Positions 1-8,057 of a stretch of DNA of 64,000 nucleotides are shown here, piece by piece. The translations under genes and the position numbers were made by a program. Source of the stretch: Planctomycetota bacterium (GTDB taxonomy: Bacteria > Planctomycetota > Planctomycetia > Gemmatales > Gemmataceae); contig QWOS01000099.1 of assembly GCA_003669555.1 (NCBI GenBank), forward strand, positions 7,340 to 71,339, in the 5' to 3' direction. Under the pieces are notes generated by a model that saw only the letters and a program-made list of their open reading frames with translations, ran no database searches and was not told the origin of the DNA. Each line of letters starts with the position of its first letter. The stretch's first letter is position 1.

Positions 1-170
1 GCCCTGGATCGGCCACAAAGCCGGCAGCGCATGCGGATATGGATGATATCCCGGGGCGCCATGACCTTGCTAGCCTGACGATCTTCAGGTTTCTTTTGCA
101 TCTGTTTGTGATGCTCATCCAGGCGGGCTAGCGCCTTCTTGAAACCAGCATTTTTAGCATCTGTGGCCAT
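1..170 (-). CDS. rpsN: 30S ribosomal protein S14 (5' part only; 3' end lies beyond the window edge)
   Basis: Not in the ORF track because it runs off the edge. Manual reverse translation from the ATG at 170-168 gives MATDAKNAGFKKALARLDEHHKQMQKKPEDRQASKVMAPRDIIHIRMRCRLCGRSR..., which fits the S14 core PRD..R.R.RC..GR.R. It lies directly downstream of rplE, as in spc operons. Confidence 0.7.
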   Translation of the reverse strand, partial: MATDAKNAGFKKALARLDEHHKQMQKKPEDRQASKVMAPRDIIHIRMRCRLCGRSR

Positions 171-249
171 GGAACATCCGTCTCCGCATCTAATAACCAC
201 ACTCTAACTGAACCGACAGAAAATTGCTTGGCAAAACTGCCAGAAAATA

Positions 250-792
250 TCAATTATCCCGGAATGGCATGCCAAACGCACGCAAAAGCTCACGGGATTC
301 ATCATCTTTGGAGACACTCATGACGATGCTCACATCCATCCCTTGGGTGAATGTAATCTTGTCGGGATTGATCTCAGGAAATACGGCTTGTTCGGTTAGA
401 CCCATGCTGAAATTGCCATTACCGTCGAAACTACGGGGATTAACACCGCGGAAGTCCCGTATACGGGGCAAAGCCAAATTGATCAATCGGTCAAGAAACT
501 CGTACATGCGTTTGCCACGCAAAGTGACCATGCACCCAATTTCGTTGCCTTGACGCAAACGAAAACCAGAAACCGCAACACGGGCTTTGGTGACCTGAGC
601 ACGCTGTCCAGCAATCTGACCAAGTTGGTCAGCCGCCTGCTCCATACGCGCCTTTTCCTGAAGAGCTTTGCCAACGCCCATATTCAGGACGATTTTCTGC
701 AGCTTCGGAAGGCTGTTGACATTCGTTCGACCCAGCTTCTGAATTAGAAGGGGAACGATCTCACTACGATACTTCTCCAATAACCGAGCCAT
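250..792 (-). CDS. rplE: 50S ribosomal protein L5
   Basis: ORF 250..852. The L5-like sequence begins at the internal Met, MARLLEKYRSEIVPLLIQKLGRTNVNSLPKLQKIVLNMGVGKA. The longer start would overlap rplX. Confidence 0.93.
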   Translation of the reverse strand: MARLLEKYRSEIVPLLIQKLGRTNVNSLPKLQKIVLNMGVGKALQEKARMEQAADQLGQIAGQRAQVTKARVAVSGFRLRQGNEIGCMVTLRGKRMYEFLDRLINLALPRIRDFRGVNPRSFDGNGNFSMGLTEQAVFPEINPDKITFTQGMDVSIVMSVSKDDESRELLRAFGMPFRDN

Positions 793-811
793 CAAACTCA
801 CCCCTCTCGCG

Positions 812-1174
812 TCACTTCGTCGCGTACTTCGGGTCGGCCTTGGCAACGACACGCAGTACCCCAGCGCGTCCAGCTTTCAGGCAACTTTTGCAAACCAGCA
901 GTTTTACACCTTCGGGTGTGTAACTGATTTTTGTGCGCACACCTTTTTTACAGGTCCCGCAAAACAGTAAAACATTGCTGCAATCGACTGGCAACTCTAT
1001 TGACAATCGTCCACCCTGGGAATTTTTTCCCGGGCGAACATGCTTGTAGGTACGATTGACACCCTCAACAACCAGTTTCCCCTTGCTGGGGATCATTCGC
1101 AGCACTTTGTGCGGCTTTTTATCCTGATCATCTCCGGCGATCACCATCACCAGATCGCCTTTCCGGATACTCAT
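812..1174 (-). CDS. rplX: 50S ribosomal protein L24 (Cys4 form)
   Basis: MSIRKGDLVMVIAGDDQDKKPHKVL..VVEGVN is a KOW motif typical of L24. The C-terminal part carries CGTC and CKSC pairs. Confidence 0.92.
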   Translation of the reverse strand: MSIRKGDLVMVIAGDDQDKKPHKVLRMIPSKGKLVVEGVNRTYKHVRPGKNSQGGRLSIELPVDCSNVLLFCGTCKKGVRTKISYTPEGVKLLVCKSCLKAGRAGVLRVVAKADPKYATK

Positions 1175-1221
1175 GTCTTTCCCCTCAGGTCAGCCCGATC
1201 TACTTGGTACTCACCAATAGA

Positions 1222-1590
1222 TCAGACCACCTCCTCACACAGATTGGTAATCTTGGCAAACGACTTCTCACGCAATTCCCGGGCAACAGCACCGAAAATG
1301 CGAGTCCCAAGCGGCTCGTCTTCCTTGTTCAGCAAAACGATTGCATTGCGGTCGAATCGAACATAGGTGCCATCAGCCCGGCGAGTAGCTTTTTTTACCC
1401 TGACAACAACACCGCGAACCACTTCGCCCTGCTTCACATCACCGCCTGGGTTTGCTTTCTTGACGCTGGCGACAATCACATCACCCAGACCAGCGTAGCG
1501 ACGACGGGATCCACCCAAAACCTTAACACACATGCATTCTTTGGCACCAGAATTATCGGCGACATCAATGTAGGTGTACATCTGAATCAT
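1222..1590 (-). CDS. rplN: 50S ribosomal protein L14
   Basis: The internal start [44 protein letters not shown] gives 122 aa, canonical for L14. Confidence 0.95.
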   Translation of the reverse strand: MIQMYTYIDVADNSGAKECMCVKVLGGSRRRYAGLGDVIVASVKKANPGGDVKQGEVVRGVVVRVKKATRRADGTYVRFDRNAIVLLNKEDEPLGTRIFGAVARELREKSFAKITNLCEEVV

Positions 1591-1621
1591 CGGACAGGTC
1601 TCCAATAAATGCTGCAGTTCA

Positions 1622-1945
1622 TCAGGAAGGCTTGGACACCGTCTGTTCAATCTTGGCGGTGGCGGAGCGCTTCATCACCGAAACCAAGCGCCAGTTTTTT
1701 GTGCGAGAAATAGGACGGGTTGACATGATTTCCACTGTGTCACCCACCTTCGCCTCATTGTTCTCATCATGAGCAATGCAGACCGTACGGCGACGAATAA
1801 TCTTGCCGTAACGCGGATGGCGAATCTGACGCGGGATCTCCACACGGCAGGATTTTTGCATCTTGTCGCTTGTGACAACACCTACCAGCGTACGACGCTG
1901 ATTTCGTTCGTCATCCTGGGTAGCCGTCTCAATCTTTTCCACCAT
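1622..1945 (-). CDS. rpsQ: 30S ribosomal protein S17
   Basis: [21 protein letters not shown]....[46 protein letters not shown] is an S17 OB-fold signature. Position between rpmC and rplN fits. Confidence 0.93.
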   Translation of the reverse strand: MVEKIETATQDDERNQRRTLVGVVTSDKMQKSCRVEIPRQIRHPRYGKIIRRRTVCIAHDENNEAKVGDTVEIMSTRPISRTKNWRLVSVMKRSATAKIEQTVSKPS

Positions 1946-1984
1946 GTCGTCCCCTTAATCCACCACCACGCCGTAATTCCCAAA

Positions 1985-2377
1985 TCACTTCTTCGCTGTT
2001 TTCGCCTTGGCCTTGCCCTTTGGCTTAGCCTTGGCCTTCTTATCCATGGCTGCCTGGCGGGCTGTCTCGTTTTGCGCACGAACTTCACGCTTGGCGATGG
2101 TGGCCGCTTTCAGGCCATCCACAAAATCCTTGTGCGCCTTGGCCAGAGCAGCATGCTCCACAGCATGCCGGTCCTTGACAGTGTTTTCATGAAGGATTGT
2201 CTTGAGCCGAGCCAAGGCACGCCTAGCGGCTTGCAATTCACTGGTGGCACTCAACCGGTTAGTGGCCTGCTGCAGACGCAGGTCAACAATCCGACGAGCC
2301 AGATCAGCCAGCATCAAACGACGCTGTTCTTCACCCAGTGCCCGCATTGCCTGCGGTTTTAATGTCTTGTCCGCCAT
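1985..2377 (-). CDS. rpmC: 50S ribosomal protein L29 with a long Lys/Ala-rich C-terminal extension
   Basis: The N-terminal ~65 aa (MADKTLKPQAMRALGEEQRRLMLADLARRIVDLRLQQATNRLSATSELQAARRALARLKTILHE) match the L29 pattern. Synteny rplP-rpmC-rpsQ agrees. The start could be 2395 or 2377. Confidence 0.85.
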   Translation of the reverse strand: MADKTLKPQAMRALGEEQRRLMLADLARRIVDLRLQQATNRLSATSELQAARRALARLKTILHENTVKDRHAVEHAALAKAHKDFVDGLKAATIAKREVRAQNETARQAAMDKKAKAKPKGKAKAKTAKK

Positions 2378-2452
2378 GGTCCCTGAACTCCCCACCCTGA
2401 CAAAGCCACATGAAACAAGCCCTAACTTCCTCTGCTATCTGACATTACCATG

Positions 2453-2875
2453 TCAGCCAACTGAGGGTCGCCGCGATACAAAGCGGCAGCGGAAAGGCAT
2501 TTTATAAGCAACCTTGGCCAGTGCTATGCGAGCAGCTTCCTCAGGAATGCCACCCAGTTCGAACATGACCATACCAGGCTTGACGACACAGGCCCAGTAC
2601 TCGGGTTCACCCTTACCCTTACCCATACGGGTTTCGAGGGGGATGGCCGTGATGGACTTATGAGGGAAAACCCTGATAAAAAGCTTGCCCTCACCACGAA
2701 TGGCATGCGCCGCCGTGATACGACCAGCTTCAATCACTTGAGCACTCAGCCAGCCTGCATCCAGGCTCTGAAGGCCATACTCGCCGTAGGAAACAGTGTT
2801 CCCCCGGAGTGCATTACCTTTGACCTTGCCTCTGTGGCTTTTTCGATACTTTACCCGTTTGGGCATGAGAGCCAT
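2453..2875 (-). CDS. rplP: 50S ribosomal protein L16
   Basis: MALMPKRVKYRKSHRGKVKGNALRGN... is the canonical L16 N-terminus, 140 aa. Confidence 0.95.
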   Translation of the reverse strand: MALMPKRVKYRKSHRGKVKGNALRGNTVSYGEYGLQSLDAGWLSAQVIEAGRITAAHAIRGEGKLFIRVFPHKSITAIPLETRMGKGKGEPEYWACVVKPGMVMFELGGIPEEAARIALAKVAYKMPFRCRFVSRRPSVG

Positions 2876-3533
2876 CGCTCTTCTCCTCTGTCAGGTAGTC
2901 GCCGTTGTTCATCCACACCTTGATCCCAATGTTTCCCTGGGGCGTTGTTGCCTCGGAGAAACCATAATTTACTTTGGCGCGAAGCGTGCTCAGGGGGACC
3001 GATCCCAGCATGCCTTTCTCGCAGCGAGCCATTTCGGACCCACCGAGCCGACCAGCCAACTGTACTTTGATACCACGGGCACCAGAACCCATGGCAGTTT
3101 CCATCGAACGCTTCAGGCAACGGCGGAAACTCTGGCGCTTCTCAAGCTGCTCAGCGATATCCTCAGCAACCAACTGGGCGTCCACCTGGGGGTTTGAAAC
3201 CTCCATGGTTTTCACCTCAATGAGGCGATTGGTCAGGATTTGGAGTTGATTGGTCAACTCCTCAATCTTTGCACCCTTCGGCCCGATGAGCATGCCCACC
3301 TTGCCCGCATATACAATGACGATCACTTTTTCCCGCGTCCGCTCAATGCGAATGCTTGAAATTTTGGCGTCACGATGCGTCTTCTTGATATACTTCCGCA
3401 CTCGCTGGTCTTCAACCAGCAACTCGGGGTATTCCCTTTTCGTGGCGCTCCAGTGGCTCTTCCAATCGAGCTTAACACCATTCTCAAGGATCACCCCGGT
3501 CCGGAAACCGTTCGGATTGACCTTTTGACCCAT
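2814..3533 (-). CDS. rpsC: 30S ribosomal protein S3
   Basis: The internal start MGQKVNPNGFRTGV.. is the canonical S3 N-terminus, followed by KH and S3-C regions. The 3' end overlaps rplP by about 62 nt. Confidence 0.93.
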   Translation of the reverse strand: MGQKVNPNGFRTGVILENGVKLDWKSHWSATKREYPELLVEDQRVRKYIKKTHRDAKISSIRIERTREKVIVIVYAGKVGMLIGPKGAKIEELTNQLQILTNRLIEVKTMEVSNPQVDAQLVAEDIAEQLEKRQSFRRCLKRSMETAMGSGARGIKVQLAGRLGGSEMARCEKGMLGSVPLSTLRAKVNYGFSEATTPQGNIGIKVWMNNGDYLTEEKSDGSHAQTGKVSKKPQRQGQR

Positions 3534-3573
3534 TAGACACACCTCCAGGCTACCAACCGAAAATTCAAGATCA

Positions 3574-3933
3574 TTACGCTTCAGCCAAACCAACATGAAT
3601 ATGAGCCAGGCGTTTCTTGATCGGATATGCACTGCCTCTTGCTCGCGGCATGCTCCGCTTCAGAATCGGTCCGCCATCGACGCGTGATTCGAGGACGATC
3701 ATGTCATCGACATTTTCGATTTCCTTGAACTTGGCATTGCCAATAGCGCTTTTCAGTACCTTTTCGATCAGACGGGCACTACGGGTGATCTCGAAACCGA
3801 GAATCTCCAGAGCCTCATCCGCACGACGGTTCCGAATCAAATCAGCATAGAGTCTAAGCTTGCGCGGAGACATTCCTGCATATTTGTGAGTCGCTCTTGC
3901 TGTAATCCGGTCTTCGACAACCTGCTTGCCCAT
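3574..3933 (-). CDS. rplV: 50S ribosomal protein L22
   Basis: ARATHKYAGMSPRKLRLYADLIRNRRADEALEILGF is an L22 signature. Synteny rpsS-rplV-rpsC agrees. Confidence 0.93.
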   Translation of the reverse strand: MGKQVVEDRITARATHKYAGMSPRKLRLYADLIRNRRADEALEILGFEITRSARLIEKVLKSAIGNAKFKEIENVDDMIVLESRVDGGPILKRSMPRARGSAYPIKKRLAHIHVGLAEA

Positions 3934-3967
3934 CGCCTCTTCTCCTCAGCCACTACACAAGTCGCGT

Positions 3968-4246
3968 TTACTTGGAGGAACCCTTGGACTTCGCGGTGTG
4001 ACCGCGGAAAGTACGGGTAGGGGAAAATTCACCCAGCTTATGACCTACCATATCCTCAGTGGCATAAACCTTGATAAAAAGTTTGCCATTATGGACCAAG
4101 AAAGTCATGCCGACGAAGTCGGGGATGATGGTGCAATCACGTGCCCATGTTTTTATGGGGTCCCTGTTGCCTTTGGCCTTGAGCTTCTCGATCTTCTCGA
4201 GAAGCCTCAGGTCAACATACGGTCCCTTCTTCAGCGATCTTCCCAT
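3968..4246 (-). CDS. rpsS: 30S ribosomal protein S19
   Basis: [19 protein letters not shown]...[32 protein letters not shown] is canonical S19. Confidence 0.96.
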   Translation of the reverse strand: MGRSLKKGPYVDLRLLEKIEKLKAKGNRDPIKTWARDCTIIPDFVGMTFLVHNGKLFIKVYATEDMVGHKLGEFSPTRTFRGHTAKSKGSSK

Positions 4247-4290
4247 GTCATCACGCGGCCTGCGCCGCCCTCCGAAATCCGCTCAATCGT

Positions 4291-5145
4291 TTACTTGCTT
4301 TGACCACGAGGACCCGGACGACGGCGCCGGATAATCGCCTTGTTGCTTGGTTTGCGCTTCTGACGGGTCTTGCCACCCTTGGCCAGCACACCTGTTGGTG
4401 AACAGGGATGACGACCACCAGCCGTGCGACCCTCACCACCACCCATGGGATGGTTGACAGGGTTCATTGTCACGCCACGATTATGAGGCTTGCGGCCCAA
4501 CCATCGTTTACGACCAGCTTTGCCCAGGCTGATATTCATGTGGTCGGCATTGCCAAGCACACCAATCGTTGCCCTGCATTCACAGGGTACCCGGCGCATT
4601 TCACCACTTGGAAGAGTGATCTGGGCCCATTTGCCTTCCCGGGCTGTCAGAACTGCCGAACAACCCGCGGAACGGGCCATCTGGCCACCACGACCTGGCT
4701 GAAGTTCCACATTGTGGATCGACATGCCCAAGGGAACTTTTCGCAAAGGAAGACAGTTACCAATCTTTGGTTCAGCCGTCTCGCCTGACTCAACCTTGTC
4801 GCCAGCTTTCAAACCGGCGGGTGCCAGAATGTAGGCTTTGACGCCAGTTTGGTACTCGACCAGGGCAATACGAGCGGATCGGTTAGGATCATACTCTACC
4901 GCTATAACTGTTGCTGCCAGGCCATCTGCAATCCGGCGGAAATCAATCAGACGGTAGCGTCTTTTATGACCACCCCCACGGAATCGCACCGTGATGATGC
5001 CCTGATTGTTGCGACCACCCGACTTCACGAGCGGCCTTAGCAATGACTTTTCCGGTTTCCTGCTGCGATCTGTCAGTTCAGCGAAATCGCTGACCGACAT
5101 TTGTCGCCTGCCTGGCGTTACCGGTTTGAATTGTCTGATACCCAT
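4291..5145 (-). CDS. rplB: 50S ribosomal protein L2
   Basis: [21 protein letters not shown]...[13 protein letters not shown]...[10 protein letters not shown] are L2 signatures, 284 aa. Confidence 0.97.
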   Translation of the reverse strand: MGIRQFKPVTPGRRQMSVSDFAELTDRSRKPEKSLLRPLVKSGGRNNQGIITVRFRGGGHKRRYRLIDFRRIADGLAATVIAVEYDPNRSARIALVEYQTGVKAYILAPAGLKAGDKVESGETAEPKIGNCLPLRKVPLGMSIHNVELQPGRGGQMARSAGCSAVLTAREGKWAQITLPSGEMRRVPCECRATIGVLGNADHMNISLGKAGRKRWLGRKPHNRGVTMNPVNHPMGGGEGRTAGGRHPCSPTGVLAKGGKTRQKRKPSNKAIIRRRRPGPRGQSK

Positions 5146-5167
5146 CCCAATTCTCCTCGTTACCGGC

Positions 5168-5500
5168 TCAGAACAGCTCGATCGGCTTGCTTTCCGGATC
5201 CAGTGTCACATAGGCCTTTTTCCAGTGGGACAAACGCCCCAAACGGAACCGATAGGACCTTGTCTTCCCGCGGCAGTTCATGGTGCGCACACCACTCACT
5301 TTCACCCCGAATAAAATTTCAACAGCCCGCTTGATCTCAGGCTTGGTAGCCCAAGGGTTTACCTGAAATGCGTAGGTACGGCTGGTTTCAGCCATATTGT
5401 TCATTTTTTCCGTTATCAGCGGAGCCATTATTACTTGATGCGGATCAAGTACTGGGCCGCAAGGGCGGGATGCTGATGGTGGTTTCTTGACTTTTCTCAT
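5168..5500 (-). CDS. rplW: 50S ribosomal protein L23
   Basis: [48 protein letters not shown] matches the L23 pattern. Synteny rplD-rplW-rplB agrees. Confidence 0.9.
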   Translation of the reverse strand: MRKVKKPPSASRPCGPVLDPHQVIMAPLITEKMNNMAETSRTYAFQVNPWATKPEIKRAVEILFGVKVSGVRTMNCRGKTRSYRFRLGRLSHWKKAYVTLDPESKPIELF

Positions 5501-5520
5501 GGTCCTGATCTTCCTTCAGC

Positions 5521-6204
5521 TCAAGCTTCGATGGCTTTGGGGGGATTTCGCAACGCTTCCAAAGCGTCCCGTGTCAGCACCAGCCGTTTTTGCCGCATGA
5601 TGGTCAGGGCATTGAAATCTGCCACTGGCATCACTGCCATGCCTGGAATGTTGCGCGCAGACAACCAGATATTATCGTTGGCTTTGTCGATGCCCACCAG
5701 GCAGGTCAGACCCTGGAGCTGCTTGTCGTAACCCTTACCGACTGTTTCCCGCTTGCCGCGCAGATTGAGTGTCTGCAGCAATTTTGCAAACTGGCCTGTT
5801 TTTGCCGTTTCAAAATCCAGTTTGTCCAAAATAATTGCTTCGCTGTCTTGAAGTTTGCTCAAGACTGCCATCCGGGTTGCCGCCCTGACTGCCTTTTTCG
5901 GCATGTGGTATTCGTAATCGCGTGGTTTTGGCCCCTTGGCTGTACCACCGCCCACTCGCTTGTTGGTTCTCTTGCTTCCCATACGGGCACGACCAGTGCC
6001 TTTTTGGCGGAAAACCTTTTTCGTGCTACCAGCCACCTCACCACGACGCAAAGTCGAGTGGGTACCAGAACGCCGGTTTGCCAATTGCATCAGCACCACA
6101 TCGTGCAGCAATTGCTTGTTGACAATACCGCCAAATTCAGCGGGGTCCACTTGGACTGTCCCCACTTCCTGGCCTTCCGCGTTGATCACTTTCAGGTTCA
6201 GCAT
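5521..6204 (-). CDS. rplD: 50S ribosomal protein L4
   Basis: QKGTGRARMGSKRTNKRVGGGTAKGPKPRDY is the L4 signature. The likely start is the internal MLNLKVINAEGQEVG; the ORF track start at 6246 is also possible. Confidence 0.92.
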   Translation of the reverse strand: MLNLKVINAEGQEVGTVQVDPAEFGGIVNKQLLHDVVLMQLANRRSGTHSTLRRGEVAGSTKKVFRQKGTGRARMGSKRTNKRVGGGTAKGPKPRDYEYHMPKKAVRAATRMAVLSKLQDSEAIILDKLDFETAKTGQFAKLLQTLNLRGKRETVGKGYDKQLQGLTCLVGIDKANDNIWLSARNIPGMAVMPVADFNALTIMRQKRLVLTRDALEALRNPPKAIEA

Positions 6205-6297
6205 CAATCCACCCCAGCCTACGGCGCAAACTTCTAAAAGCCCCATTTCGCTACCCTACTGCGGGGAAGCGGTGAGGCCCTCAGCCAAATCCTTTTT

Positions 6298-6330
6298 CTC
6301 TAACAAACAAGGTCCGGCATTGGCCGGACC
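6298..6330 (-). terminator. Terminator/attenuator-like hairpin between rpsJ and rplD
   Basis: Perfect 8-bp GC-rich stem GGTCCGGC(6311-6318)/GCCGGACC(6323-6330) with a 4-nt loop. On the minus strand it is followed by TTGTTTGTTAGAG. Confidence 0.45.
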
Positions 6331-6349
6331 CTTTTCCCCACAACCGTTT

Positions 6350-6679
6350 TCAGGAACCGGTTGTAAGCACGCGAATCTTGATATCCACACCTGCTGGCAG
6401 GCTCAGACCCTTGTTCAGGGCTTCTACTGTTTTACCAGTCGGCCTCAGAATATCAATCAGACGCTTGTGCGTGCGGATCTCGAACTGCTCGCGGGACTTG
6501 CGGTCAATGTGCGGGCTACGCAGGACCGTATACCGCTCAATTCTTGTCGGCAAGGGGATCGGCCCATGCACATCCGCCTCGGTCCTTTCGGCGGTTTCCG
6601 CAATTTCCTTGGCGGTACGATCCAGCATCTCGTGGTCGTACCCTTCCATTCTGATGCGAATCCGCATGCGCTCGTTCAT
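6350..6679 (-). CDS. rpsJ: 30S ribosomal protein S10
   Basis: [72 protein letters not shown] is canonical S10. Confidence 0.96.
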   Translation of the reverse strand: MNERMRIRIRMEGYDHEMLDRTAKEIAETAERTEADVHGPIPLPTRIERYTVLRSPHIDRKSREQFEIRTHKRLIDILRPTGKTVEALNKGLSLPAGVDIKIRVLTTGS

Positions 6680-6826
6680 GAACCCGCCTTCATTCCCACA
6701 CTTTTAATCTGGAAAAACCCAAATTCGACACAACCAAACCCTTGCCTCTGAGCGGTCAACCCGCTTGGAGGTCAGGTACCTGGTCGGTTCGAACACCGGG
6801 AAGTTGCAAACCTACATCACTTACAC

Positions 6827-8044
6827 TTATCCTGTCAAGGCACCATCACTACTTATTGGGTCATTTTCGGGTGTTATTTGACGGCCAAGGGTATTCAAAC
6901 CTTCCAGAATGATTGCAAGGGGCTGGCTTTGGGCTGCGGTGGTATCCAGTACCAGCAGTTCTTTTGCTGCCGCCTCAGCACATGTCAACAGTCCACCCGC
7001 ATGGAATCGGCTGGCGGCCCTGCCAACATGAATGGCTCGAAAACCTTCTCCCATTGGTAATCCCAAAGCCCAGCTGCGTTCCAGTACTGGTCTGGATGGT
7101 TGGCCCGATGGTATTTTCATGGCAATACGGTAATAAACCGGGTTTCCAGGGCCGGTATTTTGCAGGAAATGGAAAGGATTTTTTGCGGTCTGCATTATTT
7201 TCTGGCGGGTACGGTCGGTGGAAATTTCCATGCTAAACTGCCCTTTTTCCGCATGGGTTGATCCTTTCACTATTTTTTCGAGCCATTGTTGTGTTTCTTT
7301 GATTTTTCTGTCATGGCTTGGCAGCTGCGCTTCCAATGCCGCCAGTTGGAGGGTGCTTGGCGTCGCCAGTGCGCTTCCCCGTGAAACGCGCAGCCAAGCC
7401 CGTTGACGCAGGATTGCCTGATTGGTGACCAGCAGGCCTCCTCGCCCCACGCTAACGGGCTTACCGCCCCCAAAACTGAATATGCCTGCCATGCCCTTCG
7501 TGCCAATTCTTTTGCCCTGGGCATCCGTGGCTCCAAAACATTGGCAGGCATCCTCCACCCATGGCACATTGTTTCGTTCACAGATCCGTTCTATGGCCTC
7601 CAGATTGGCCAATCCTCCGTATAAGTGACTCACTACCACGGCTTGAACCTGTCCGAGCCCTTTACGCGCTTTTTCCAGAGCGATTTCCAGGCTGGCTGGA
7701 CAGAGTTGAGGACTATCCGCCTGAACATCCACCAACAAGGGAATTGCCCCCAGGGCATGAACTGTGTGGAAATTCCCTGGGTAGTCATAGGCAGGGATAG
7801 CCACCAGCCCCCCAGCCTTGACTCCCACGGCATGCAGCGCCACTTCCAGGGCCAATGTGCCGCTTCCAACCAGCAAGGCATGCCCAACGCCCAACCATTC
7901 GGCCAGCTGGATTTCCATGCGTTCCAGCCGGGCAGGGTCATACCGGGCCCATGAACCATCTTCAAGGCAGGCAAGAACTGCCCGCGTTACCTCCTGGCTG
8001 GCAGGGCTTATCGGAGGCAATGGCGGACCGACGCGGATTTCCAT
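6827..8044 (-). CDS. DegT/DnrJ/EryC1/StrS-family PLP-dependent aminotransferase
   Basis: LLVGSGTLALEVAL...VVVSHLYGGLANLEAIERICERNNVPWVEDACQCFGA...SFGGGKPVSVGRGGLL is the conserved PLP-Lys region of this family. The internal start MEIRVG (8044) avoids overlap with the upstream gene that ends at 8058. Confidence 0.8.
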   Translation of the reverse strand: MEIRVGPPLPPISPASQEVTRAVLACLEDGSWARYDPARLERMEIQLAEWLGVGHALLVGSGTLALEVALHAVGVKAGGLVAIPAYDYPGNFHTVHALGAIPLLVDVQADSPQLCPASLEIALEKARKGLGQVQAVVVSHLYGGLANLEAIERICERNNVPWVEDACQCFGATDAQGKRIGTKGMAGIFSFGGGKPVSVGRGGLLVTNQAILRQRAWLRVSRGSALATPSTLQLAALEAQLPSHDRKIKETQQWLEKIVKGSTHAEKGQFSMEISTDRTRQKIMQTAKNPFHFLQNTGPGNPVYYRIAMKIPSGQPSRPVLERSWALGLPMGEGFRAIHVGRAASRFHAGGLLTCAEAAAKELLVLDTTAAQSQPLAIILEGLNTLGRQITPENDPISSDGALTG

Positions 8045-8057
8045 GCCGTGCGCCGGA

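Noticed and set aside
250-6246. Longest-ORF starts for rplE (852), rplN (1650), rpsC (3632) and rplD (6246)
   Set aside because: The canonical conserved N-termini begin at internal Met codons. The longer versions would overlap upstream genes and add residues that are not conserved.
6780-6805. GGTTCGAA T-loop-like string upstream of rpsJ (also GTTCGAAC near 45455) as possible tRNA genes
   Set aside because: The flanking bases do not form a T-stem, acceptor stem or anticodon arm on either strand.
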